A stretch of DNA of 61,884 nucleotides, counting the filler, from Planctomycetota bacterium (lineage in GTDB: Bacteria; Planctomycetota; Planctomycetia; JALXBF01), in assembly GCA_026991575.1 (NCBI GenBank). It is 5 parts of 5 records of this genome, joined end to end, with 100 filler letters (N's around TTAATTAATTAA, not from the genome) between each part and the next. Parts side by side here need not be neighbours in the genome. Positions count along the whole stretch, not along the records: positions 1 to 17,518 come from JALXBF010000103.1; positions 17,619 to 34,871 come from JALXBF010000108.1; 3 more parts are not named here. One strand, written 5' to 3'. The notes beneath the pieces were generated by a model. That model ran no database searches. It saw only the letters and a list, made by a program, of their open reading frames with translations, and was not told the origin of the DNA. Below, in pieces: positions 8,657 through 17,829 of the stretch. The translations under genes and the position numbers were made by a program. Within the stretch, counting starts at the first letter, position 1, and each line of letters opens with the position of its first letter.

Positions 8657-9664
8657 GTGCAAGGATCCAGCGTCGGCTCGGAATCGTTCGTCGACGTGAT
8701 GGCCAACCTGGTCGGTATCCTCGTCGTGCTGCTTGCGCTGGTTGGCCTTGGCGTGCGCCGCGAGCAGCTCAGGCTACAGTCTCCGGAGCGGCTTCAGCAG
8801 CGGATCGTTGAGCTGCAGCAGCGGCTGCAGGCTGCCACGGCTGCAAGGGAAGCAGCGGCTGAGCGTATCGAGCGGATCGAGACGGCAGTTCGGGACAGGG
8901 CTAAGTTGGCCGAGCAACTGGAGGCCGATCGGATCAGACAGCTCCGTCTGTTGGCGGCGCTGGAAGCGAGAGCCGATCAGCTCCGGCGGCAGCTCGAGCA
9001 GCTCGCCGACCGGCACGACGCGCTGGAAGCGCTGCTGCAGCAGCGAGAGCGGCAACGGCACGGCCCGGCACCCGCACCGGCGAACGAAACGCGCGGACCG
9101 GTAGAGCCAGTCGTGGTTGAGTTGAAGGTTCCGATCAGCAGACCGGTACCACAGGATGCGGAGGAGATCCATTTCGAGCTGCGGGGGGGCCGCGTGACGT
9201 ACATTCCACTTGAGCGGCTGCTTGCCCAGGCCCGACAACGGGTGCGTGAGGCAGAAGCGCACGGGCGACCGCAAGAACTGTCCGGTGTCGTGGGACCGGT
9301 GGGTGCCTTTTCGCTCCGCTTCCGCGCCGTCCGTCCGGGCGGCGGCCTGCAGGAGCGAGTACTTACCGGATCGTTTCGGCCACGGCTTCGGCTGGTCGCA
9401 TGGCATCTAATTCCGGCCCAACGTGATCGCGGGGAAGTGATCGAACGTGCCATGGCGGACGGGTCACGTTTTTGGGCGGCGTTGGCGGGCCGCACGGCCG
9501 AACGAACCTACGTGACGTTCTGGGTGTACGAGGACAGCTTTCGGGCCTTTCGCACGTTGAGAGCCGCGCTGTACGAACGCGGTTACTTCGTGGCCGCCCG
9601 TCCACTGTTCCTTGACGATCCGATCGCCGGAGCAGCGCACGGCACCCCGAGCTATGCCCAGTAG
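8657..9664 (+). CDS. Single-TM coiled-coil protein, ExbD/MotB-like partner with TM Asp
   Basis: SFVDVMANLVGILVVLLALVG TM with Asp; coiled coil; C-terminal VTFWVYEDSF domain. Confidence 0.65.
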   Translation: MQGSSVGSESFVDVMANLVGILVVLLALVGLGVRREQLRLQSPERLQQRIVELQQRLQAATAAREAAAERIERIETAVRDRAKLAEQLEADRIRQLRLLAALEARADQLRRQLEQLADRHDALEALLQQRERQRHGPAPAPANETRGPVEPVVVELKVPISRPVPQDAEEIHFELRGGRVTYIPLERLLAQARQRVREAEAHGRPQELSGVVGPVGAFSLRFRAVRPGGGLQERVLTGSFRPRLRLVAWHLIPAQRDRGEVIERAMADGSRFWAALAGRTAERTYVTFWVYEDSFRAFRTLRAALYERGYFVAARPLFLDDPIAGAAHGTPSYAQ

Positions 9665-9953
9665 CCGGTGCGGCCGCGCAGGTGCCTACTCCCCGGTCGT
9701 GGTTCGTCACCGGCTGCCGGCACGGGGACTCCAGGTGGCGGTCTCTGGCGGCGCCTCGCGCGCTTTCGCACCGGGCCGATCGGGCCGGGTACGGGTCGGC
9801 CCGCTCGGTCCGCGGCCGGCGCAAAGCGATGCTGTTCGTCGTCGTGCTCACGTCTGTTGCCGCCGCGGCTGTCAGCGGCGCCGTTTGGACCCGGCAGGCC
9901 AAGGTATGTGCAATAATGGATAGGTCAGACCGGTCAGTCCTGGAGGTGGGCGC

Positions 9954-12197
9954 GTGCACGGTTTGCTGGCGACAGTGATAGCACTTTTCGTTGGGCAGGC
10001 TGGGGCTGAGTCGGCGGATCTGTCTCCGGAAGAGATTCAGTTCTTTGAGCGGTCGATCCGTCCGATCCTGGTCAACCGCTGCTACGAGTGCCATTCGTAC
10101 CGGACCAGCAGCCCGCGCGGTGGCCTGCGGCTTGACACGCGCGAGGGCTGGCAGCGGGGTGGCCGCCGCGGCCCGGCAATCGTGCCTGGCAGGCCGCAGG
10201 ACAGCTTGCTGATTCAGGCCGTCAGCGGGCGTCATCCGCAGCTGACGATGCCGCCCTCTGATCCGCTCACCGCCGATGAGATTCGGCTGCTTACCAAGTG
10301 GGTGGCCATGGGGGCTCCGGATCCCCGATCGGACGCCGCACCGCCTGAAGTCCGGCGGGTGGCTGATCTGCGTGCGGCTCGCAACTGGTGGGCTTTTCGC
10401 CCGCTTGGTCGGCCCGTGCCACCGTCGCTGCCGGAAGGGAACTCCCCGGAGCCTCTGGCAGCCTGGTGTCGCAATCCGGTCGATCGGTTCGTGCTCAGCC
10501 GTATGCAGGCTCATGACCTGTGGCCTAATCCCCCCGCAGACCGCCGCACCCTGGTTCGTCGCCTGTACCTGGATCTCATCGGGCTGCCTCCGACGGAGGC
10601 GGAAGTGGCCGCGTTTGTGTCCGAGGACAGGCCCGATGCGGTCGAGCGGCTGGTGGATCGGCTGCTGGCGTCGCCGCACTTTGGTGAGCGCTGGGCCCGA
10701 CACTGGATGGATGTAGCTCGCTTCGCGGAGTCGCATGGTTACGAGCAAGACTACGATCGTCCGCACGCTTACCACTACCGCGATTTCCTGATCCGGGCCT
10801 TTAACCGCGACCTGCCGTTTGACCGGTTTGTCCGCTGGCAGATTGCTGGCGACGAGTTGGCCCCGGACGTTCCGGAGGCGATGATCGCCACGGGCTTTCT
10901 AGGTGCCGGCTCCTTCCCGACGCAGCTTACGGAGGCGGAGTTTGAGAAGGCACGGTACGACGAGCTGGACGACATGGTCAACACGACCGGCGTGGCGTTC
11001 CTGGGGTTATCGCTTGGCTGTGCCCGCTGCCACGATCATCCGTACGATCCGATCGACACGGTGGACTACTACCGGGTCGTCGCGGTGTTCACGAAAACGA
11101 TCCGGACGGAGATCGAGCTGCCAGTTGGTGAGGGGGGGAAGCCGGTAAAGGTACAAGTCACGACGGAAGGATACAAACCGATGAAGCATCACGCCGACGG
11201 GCGTGGGTTTCCGCATTTCTACCCGAAGACGTACGTGTTGCGCCGCGGCGATCCGAATCAGAAGCTCACCGAAGCGCACCCGGGTGTGCTTCCGGTATTG
11301 ACGGCTGAAGGCTACGATGAGAGCCACTGGCGGGTGGAGCCACCGCCGGGGTGGACACGCACCCCGATGACGCGTGCGATGTTGGCTCGCTGGCTTACGG
11401 ACTTGGAGCACGGGCCGGGTGCACTGGTAGCTCGCGTTGCTGCGAACCGTCTGTGGCACTACCACTTCGGGCGCGGCATCGTGGCGACGCCGAACGACTT
11501 TGGTCACAAGGGCGAGCCGCCCACTCACCCCGAGTTGCTGGAGTGGCTTGCGCGCTACCTAACCGAACACGGCTGGAGTCTGAAGCGACTTCACCGCGAG
11601 ATTGTCACCTCTGCGACGTATCGCCAGTCGGCGGCGACCGACCGGGAACGCCTGGCACGCGATCGTGCGAACCGCTGGCTCTGGCGTTGGCGCCCCCGCC
11701 GGGCCGAAGCTGAGGTGATCCGAGACAGCCTGCTGGCCGTTTCAGGTGTGCTGGATTGGCGCATGTATGGTCCTGGTTCGCTTGATCCTATGCGGCGGCG
11801 CCGGGCCGTGTACACGTTCATCAAGCGGAGCAAGCCGAGCCCGTTCCTGTTGTTGTTCGACTGGCCGGAGCATCTGGTCAGCATCGGACGTCGTGCGTCG
11901 ACCACGACAGCCACCCAGTCACTCGCGCTGTTGAACCATCCGATCGTGCGGCTCTGCGCCGAGACCCTGGCGCGCGAACTGATGGCCCTACCGGACGAGC
12001 AGGCTGCCGTGAGCGTGCTCTACGAGCGGCTTTTCGCCCGGCCCCCTGCCGATGCGGAACGGCAGCGTGCCGTGGCGTTTCTGTACGAGCAGACCCGTTT
12101 GTACGAGGCTGAGGGGGCTGCGATGCCGCGGCACCGTGCCTGGACAGACCTCTGTCAGGCGCTCATGGTGTCCAACGAGTTCGTCTACATCGACTGA
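9954..12197 (+). CDS. Planctomycete cytochrome c / DUF1549 / DUF1553 (PSD1) protein
   Basis: Signal peptide; FFERSIRPILVNRCYECH; HFGERWARHWMDVARFAES; CARCHDH; ARVAANRLWHYHFGRGIV; PTHPELLEWLA. Confidence 0.92.
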   Translation: MHGLLATVIALFVGQAGAESADLSPEEIQFFERSIRPILVNRCYECHSYRTSSPRGGLRLDTREGWQRGGRRGPAIVPGRPQDSLLIQAVSGRHPQLTMPPSDPLTADEIRLLTKWVAMGAPDPRSDAAPPEVRRVADLRAARNWWAFRPLGRPVPPSLPEGNSPEPLAAWCRNPVDRFVLSRMQAHDLWPNPPADRRTLVRRLYLDLIGLPPTEAEVAAFVSEDRPDAVERLVDRLLASPHFGERWARHWMDVARFAESHGYEQDYDRPHAYHYRDFLIRAFNRDLPFDRFVRWQIAGDELAPDVPEAMIATGFLGAGSFPTQLTEAEFEKARYDELDDMVNTTGVAFLGLSLGCARCHDHPYDPIDTVDYYRVVAVFTKTIRTEIELPVGEGGKPVKVQVTTEGYKPMKHHADGRGFPHFYPKTYVLRRGDPNQKLTEAHPGVLPVLTAEGYDESHWRVEPPPGWTRTPMTRAMLARWLTDLEHGPGALVARVAANRLWHYHFGRGIVATPNDFGHKGEPPTHPELLEWLARYLTEHGWSLKRLHREIVTSATYRQSAATDRERLARDRANRWLWRWRPRRAEAEVIRDSLLAVSGVLDWRMYGPGSLDPMRRRRAVYTFIKRSKPSPFLLLFDWPEHLVSIGRRASTTTATQSLALLNHPIVRLCAETLARELMALPDEQAAVSVLYERLFARPPADAERQRAVAFLYEQTRLYEAEGAAMPRHRAWTDLCQALMVSNEFVYID

Positions 12198-12359
12198 TCC
12201 GGCCGCGGTTCCAACTCGGGGACGGGTACCATCTGACGCACCGCTCGGGTCATGTCCGTCTGTGGTGGGCTGCGCACGTGCGATGGGCATTCGACACGGC
12301 GTTCAGCAGGGACGGTGGCCGAAGCCGGTGAGGGCAGAACCCTCGGGGGAGGCGGCCGT

Positions 12360-12989
12360 TCAGGCCGGGTCGGTGAGCTGTTGCCAGAGCCGCCGGGCAG
12401 CCTGGCGGAGCGATTCGATCGGACCGTCGTTGACGATGACGAAGTCGGCAGCAGCTTTCTTGCTAGCCTCCGGCAGCATCGCCTGCTCGCGCCGCCTCAG
12501 CTCGTGCTCATCCCAGCCTCGGGCGCTGGCCCACCGCAGCCGTCGTTGCCACGGGGCTTCGACCCAGACGAGTCGATCTACCCAATGGCGTCGGCCCGCT
12601 TCCAGCAGCGTCGGTGCGTCGAGGATCAGGAGGTCGCCAGGGCGGGCGGTGCGGCGAAACGCTTCGATCGCTTCCTGCAGTCGTTGGCCGGTTCTGGGCC
12701 AGATGATTCGCTGGGTCAGTTGCTCCAACAGACTGCGGTCTGAAAAGACGCGCTCGGCAATCCGGCTGCGGTCCACTGCGCCATCAGGCCGCAGCACATC
12801 CGCACCGAACAGCTCGACCACCTCCGCACGCACGTCAGCATCCGAGTACAGTGAGCGGACGATTTGGTCGGCATCGATTGCGCGCGCGCCGAGTTCCTCC
12901 AGCATGCGGCGCAAGGTGCTCTTGCCGCTGCATGGCTGGCCGATCAAGCCAACCACCACGCCGGTCGGTTTGGCAGTTCCCGGGCTCAT
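12360..12989 (-). CDS. coaE: Dephospho-CoA kinase
   Basis: VGLIGQPCSGKST P-loop, IDADQIVR, LDAPTLLE; coupled downstream of polA. Confidence 0.88.
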   Translation of the reverse strand: MSPGTAKPTGVVVGLIGQPCSGKSTLRRMLEELGARAIDADQIVRSLYSDADVRAEVVELFGADVLRPDGAVDRSRIAERVFSDRSLLEQLTQRIIWPRTGQRLQEAIEAFRRTARPGDLLILDAPTLLEAGRRHWVDRLVWVEAPWQRRLRWASARGWDEHELRRREQAMLPEASKKAAADFVIVNDGPIESLRQAARRLWQQLTDPA

Positions 12990-15679
12990 GCGTGTTCCTT
13001 GGTCGCGTTCGCCAGTAGTGGTTGTTGGTCGAGCCAGTTAGGGCCGGCTGACAGGTCCACCACGAGCGGGACAGCGAGAGCCATCGCACGTTCCATGGCG
13101 CCACGTACGATGCTGGCTGCTTCGCTCAGCCGCCGTGCGGGCAGGTCCAGAAGCAACTCGTCGTGGACCTGCAGCACGATACCCCCCTCGATGCCAGCTT
13201 CCTCCAGTCCACGCTCCACCCGGATCATGGCCAATTTGATCAGATCTGCCGCCGAACCCTGGACGACCGTGTTGATTGCCTCACGCTCCGGTTGCAGGTA
13301 CGGGCGGTGAGGGCTGGTCCGCACACCGGAGATGCGTCGTTTCCGTCCCAGGATCGTGCGCACTTCACGGCGGGTCGCCGCCTCATGGAGGACCCGTTCG
13401 ATGAACTGTTCGACGCCCGGGTGGCGAGCGAAGTAGCGTTCGATGTACTGTGCTGCCTCGTCTTCCGGCATGCCCGTGCGTGCCGCGAGTCCAGCGGGGC
13501 TCATGCCGTAGATGATGCCGAAGTTGATCGCCTTGGCCCGCGCTCGCATGTCGGCCGTGACGGCCTCCTCGGAACAGCCGGCCAGTTCCGCGGCCACGAC
13601 CCGGTGGATGTCCTTGCCTGAGGCGAATGCGTCGCGGAGGGCGTCGTCACCGGAAAGGTGAGCCAGGATGCGGAGTTCGATTTGCGAATAGTCCGCGTCG
13701 AGCAAGAGCCAGTCGGGACCGGAGGCCACGAACGCTCGGCGGATCCGACGCCCTTCGTCGCTGCGGATCGGGATGTTTTGCAAGTTTGGCTCGCTGCTGA
13801 TGAGCCGGCCGGTGGCGGCCACCGTCTGTTCGAGTCGTGTGTGAATCCGGCCGGTGCGAGGATCCACTGCTTCGGGCAGCGCCTGCAGGTAGCCCTGCAG
13901 CTTCATGAGGTGCCGATGCTGCAGGATCAGGCGGGGTACTTCGTGCTCTTGCGCGAGCCGCTCGAGCACCTCCTGGTCGGTGCTCGGTCCGGTCTGGCCC
14001 CGTCGCAGCACAGGCAGCCCCAGTTCCTCGAAGAGCACCCGGCGGAGCTGCTTTGGTGATGTCAGCAGGAAACGGTGGCCTACGATCTGGTAGATCCGCT
14101 CGGCCAACTGATCGGCTCGTCGCGCGAGCTCCTGTTGTTGCGTGCGCAGCGCGGCGATGTCCAGCCGGATGCCACGCTGCTGGACCCGGGCAAGCACGCG
14201 GATCAGAGGGTCCTCGACCGTTTCGTACAGTTGCAAGAGATCCTCGCGGTCGAGCTGCTCACGCAGCACCCGGGCCAACCGACGGATGGCGACCGCGCGG
14301 CGGGCCAGCGAGTCGGCATGGTCTTCCTGCCAGAGCATGCGGGGGGGGCGGCGTGCGGCGGGTTGTTCCGTATCCAGTCGCATGCGAAGGTGGCGCAGGG
14401 CGAGCTGGCCGAGTGCGTGCGCGCGGCTGCCGGGGTCGAGCAGGTAGTCGGCCACCATGGGATCGAAGGTGGGGCTGGCCAGATCGAGGCCGGCGGACCA
14501 AAGGGCCAGGTAACCGCTCTTCAGATCGTAGACGGCCTTGCACGGTCCGGCGCGCGACAGCTCACCCCGCAGCGCTTCGGCAGACCGCTCCGACCAGGGC
14601 ACGTACCAGGCGTCGTGGTCCGACACCGCCAGGGCTAGCCCTTTCAGCTCCCCATGTGCCACGTCAAGGGCAACCCCGATTGTGTCGGCACCGGCCAGAC
14701 GCTCAACGCACCGCTTCAACTCGGGGCTACGCTCCGCGTAGTGGAGCTGCACGGTCCAATCGGTCGCTGCTTCCGCGATCGCCCGCTCGCTCCACTGTCG
14801 CTCCAGCCGGCGGAACCCCCACTCACGGAACAGTTCCGCCAGACGCGCGGCATCCGGCGTGCGCACACGACAGTCGCGCCAGCCGAGCGGCAGGGGCACG
14901 TCGGTGCGTAGGCGGATGAGTTCGCGAAACTCCGGTAGCTTCTCTGCCCACTCGCGCAGCGCTGCGCCCCGTTTGCCCGGCACTTCGTGCACGTGCCGCA
15001 GCAGTTCGTCCAGACTGCCATAGCGGTTCAGCAACTCGGCCGCTGTCTTCGGGCCGATGCCGGGCACGCCGGGGACGTTGTCGACCGGGTCACCCACTAG
15101 CGTGAGAAAATCGACCACTTGTTCCGGACGGATGCCCCAGGTCTCGCGTAGCGCCTGCTCGTCCATGTATCGGTCGGTGCGGATGTCGTAGAGCGTGATC
15201 AGTGGGTTGATCAGCTGGCGAGCGTCTTTGTCGTTCGTGCAGATCACGACGGGTTGGCCGTCAGCTTCGGCCTGGCGTGCCAGCGTGGCGGCGATATCGT
15301 CGGCTTCGTACCCGGGTAGTTCGATGTCGGCGACGTTCAGGGCATCGAGCAGCTGATGGATCATGGCCCACTGGGGTTCGAGGTCCTCAGGCATCGCGGG
15401 CCGGTTGGCTTTGTAGTCGGCGAAGAGCTCGTCGCGGAACGTTGGCCCGGCAGCGTCGAAGACGCAGGCCAGGTAGGCCGGGCGTTTCTTTTCCAGCAGG
15501 AAGAGCATGTCCTGGGCAAAGCCGTAGACGGCGCCGCACGGGCGACCGTCCGGGGTGGTCAGCGACCGGGCCATGCCGGCGTCGCGGCGGCGCGACCCGC
15601 GCACCCGAATAGCAAAAAAGACCTGGAAGATCAGGCTCGGGGCATCAACGATGTAGAACGATCGGTTGCCGGATGCCAT
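12986..15679 (-). CDS. polA: DNA polymerase I
   Basis: 5'-3' exonuclease (YKANR, GYEADD, GDPVDNVPGVPGIGPKTA) and polymerase motifs (TGRLISSEPNLQNIP, DYSQIELR, AKAINFGIIYG, QVHDELL); start MASGN at 15679. Confidence 0.96.
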   Translation of the reverse strand: MASGNRSFYIVDAPSLIFQVFFAIRVRGSRRRDAGMARSLTTPDGRPCGAVYGFAQDMLFLLEKKRPAYLACVFDAAGPTFRDELFADYKANRPAMPEDLEPQWAMIHQLLDALNVADIELPGYEADDIAATLARQAEADGQPVVICTNDKDARQLINPLITLYDIRTDRYMDEQALRETWGIRPEQVVDFLTLVGDPVDNVPGVPGIGPKTAAELLNRYGSLDELLRHVHEVPGKRGAALREWAEKLPEFRELIRLRTDVPLPLGWRDCRVRTPDAARLAELFREWGFRRLERQWSERAIAEAATDWTVQLHYAERSPELKRCVERLAGADTIGVALDVAHGELKGLALAVSDHDAWYVPWSERSAEALRGELSRAGPCKAVYDLKSGYLALWSAGLDLASPTFDPMVADYLLDPGSRAHALGQLALRHLRMRLDTEQPAARRPPRMLWQEDHADSLARRAVAIRRLARVLREQLDREDLLQLYETVEDPLIRVLARVQQRGIRLDIAALRTQQQELARRADQLAERIYQIVGHRFLLTSPKQLRRVLFEELGLPVLRRGQTGPSTDQEVLERLAQEHEVPRLILQHRHLMKLQGYLQALPEAVDPRTGRIHTRLEQTVAATGRLISSEPNLQNIPIRSDEGRRIRRAFVASGPDWLLLDADYSQIELRILAHLSGDDALRDAFASGKDIHRVVAAELAGCSEEAVTADMRARAKAINFGIIYGMSPAGLAARTGMPEDEAAQYIERYFARHPGVEQFIERVLHEAATRREVRTILGRKRRISGVRTSPHRPYLQPEREAINTVVQGSAADLIKLAMIRVERGLEEAGIEGGIVLQVHDELLLDLPARRLSEAASIVRGAMERAMALAVPLVVDLSAGPNWLDQQPLLANATKEHA

Positions 15680-16160
15680 GGGGCCTGCTGCTACGGTCGC
15701 ATCGTGTTCGCAAATGGAACCGACGGTTCCCAAGTGTAGCGGTTCGGGCGCGGTGGCGGCGACCGCTCGAGGGCGCCGGTGTGCGGCCGAGCTTGCGACG
15801 AGGCGCGCGTGAGCAGCCGAGTGGCTCGGGTCGCGTCTTGGGGTTCCGTCACGCGATCGTCCTCGATCTTCTGAGTCGGCCGAACGACACGATCGGGCGT
15901 ACTGTGGTCGACCGCGCTCAGCCGCAGTTGGGCTGATGCGGGATCGATCGTGCCGTCCGGATCGGGCCGGGCGGTCGGAAGGGTTGGCCGTGGTGGTGTT
16001 GGCGGGCCGCAAGAGCGGGCGCCGTCGCTCGGAAGCGCGTTGCCTGGGAGCGACAGTGGCGTGGCGGGGTCAGCGAGCCTGTTAAAATCGGTAAGATAAG
16101 CAGGCAGGAGAAGATCTGCCCGGAACAGCGGCATTAAGTCGCTGGTTGGCCGGGAACTTG

Positions 16161-16190
16161 TTGACAGCCTGCGCGTCATCGGTACACTAT
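16161..16190 (+). promoter_or_regulatory. Possible sigma-70-type promoter
   Basis: TTGACA-N16-TACACT. Confidence 0.45.
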
Positions 16191-16232
16191 GAGACTGTCG
16201 GTTGGTCCGTCGGTCTGCGCCGGGTGAGATCT

Positions 16233-16247
16233 TGGCACAAGGCTTGC
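16233..16247 (+). promoter_or_regulatory. Sigma-54 (-24/-12) promoter
   Basis: TGGCAC-AAGGC-TTGC, correct spacing, ~80 nt upstream of ATG 16326. Confidence 0.65.
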
Positions 16248-16325
16248 CGCGTAACACTCCTGGCCAGAGAGCCGAGCCGCGCAGGGACTCGATTCAGGTA
16301 AGGTTCGATCCGGAGGTATCACCTC

Positions 16326-17518
16326 ATGGCTGACCAGCAAGGCCATGGCCTGCAGATAGCGCTGGTGGTCACCATTGTCCTGCTCATCGGGATGATGGTC
16401 CTGGCCGGTATCCTGTACCAGAACTTCACCAAGTGCCGGTCGGATGTTGAGACGCTGATGGGCAAGCTTCAGCAGGCGCGCCAGACGGAACAGTTGATGA
16501 CCGATCAAATCCAGAGCCTGATCACGCTCATCGGCTTGCCCAACCCGGAGCAGTGGGTAGACAAAGTGGGCCAGCCTTCCGACGAACCGAACGAAGCGGG
16601 AACGACGGTTTGGTCCAGGGCTAACGCGGTCCTGGCGAAGCACAAGGACGAGCTTAACGACCAGAATCTCAACAGTCTTCTGGCCTTGACTGAGCGGTTG
16701 GATGGTGAGTTGCGGAAGGCGCGCCAAAACTACGACCAGCTCGTGGAGGAGATCCATCCTCTGTTGGACCTGATCCGCAAGCAGCTGGAGGCGGAGAAGA
16801 ACGAGCTGGAGACAAAAACTGGGAGGCGGCTCGCGGAGCTGGAAGAGGAACTGCGTAACGTGGAGAGCCAGCTGGATCAGAAGCTGGCCGAGATTGAGGC
16901 CCAGAGCCGGCAGTATCGCGAGCGGGCTCAGCAGGCCATGATGGACAAGCAGCAGCTGCAAAAGGACAAGGCGGCGCTGGAGCAGGAGTACCAGCAGAAG
17001 GTCTCGCAGCTTGCTGCCCAAGTGCGTCAGTTGCGGCGGCTCACCGAGACGAAGGCCTATCTGGCCAAGCCCGATGGCGATGTGCTTAGCTCACACGCTG
17101 CAGACGGTTACGTGATCATCTCCGTTGGCTATGCCGACAACCTCAAGCCGATGACCCGCTTCTCGGTTTGGGGGGCGAACCAGGTGGTGACCCCGTACTG
17201 GCGGTCGCTCAACGAAGAGGCGAAGCAGGATGCGGTTGAGACACTGGGCGAGCTGAAGAAACAAGACATCGAAGTGAAGCCGCTCCAGGGGCCGAAGGCG
17301 GCCATCGAGGTGATTGAGATCCTGGGGGACCACGAAGCGATGGCTCGCGTGGTCTGGTTCGACAAGGCTCGGCCACTGGCCGCGGGCGACAAGATCTTTA
17401 ACCCGGTCTGGTCTCCAGGGCGGAAGCACCGCGTCGCGCTGGTGGGCTTCTTTGATCTGGATGGCGACAAGGAGGATGACCGAGCCCTGCTCAAGCACAT
17501 GTTAGCTCAGCATGGTTG
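16326..17518 (+). CDS. Membrane-anchored coiled-coil hypothetical protein (3'-truncated at contig end)
   Basis: GGAGGT SD; N-terminal TM; long coiled coil; beta domain (PDGDV...ISVGYADNLKP) and C-terminal ALVGFFDLDGD. Confidence 0.75.
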
Positions 17519-17618
17519 NNNNNNNNNNNNNNNNNNNNNNNNNNNNNNNNNNNNNNNNNNNNTTAATTAATTAANNNNNNNNNNNNNNNNNNNNNNNNNN
17601 NNNNNNNNNNNNNNNNNN
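17519..17618. other. Artificial contig linker
   Basis: 100 nt of N with a central TTAATTAATTAA (stops in all six frames). Confidence 0.99.
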
Positions 17619-17829
17619 TACGGCAGCGGCCACCAGGCCTCCCAACCTGCCTGCTTGCCACTCCATCTGACTACTATCGGCCCAAAAACGTTCCCACTCC
17701 ACACACCAACCACCACCTCCCAGCCCCCACCAGCTGCCTGCGGCCCCTTCCTAATCAAGCGGGCCAGCGGCCGGCACCCCCGGTCACCAGGCTGCCCACT
17801 GGGCAAGGCAGCACAAGTCGCCACCCCCG

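Noticed and set aside
5595..9664. Calling the MotA-like operon a Zorya defence system
   Set aside because: No OmpA-domain ZorB and no ZorC/D/E adjacent; the SNF2 gene is on a different contig.
15680..16012. 111-aa N-terminal extension of PolA in the ORF track (similar extensions on the kinase, enolase and Hint ORF)
   Set aside because: Low-complexity Arg/Pro-rich translation of GC-rich upstream DNA; homology begins at the downstream Met.
17519..17618. Repeated TTAATTAATTAA within N-runs (four times)
   Set aside because: Artificial contig-joining linker, not biology; ORFs crossing it are artefacts.
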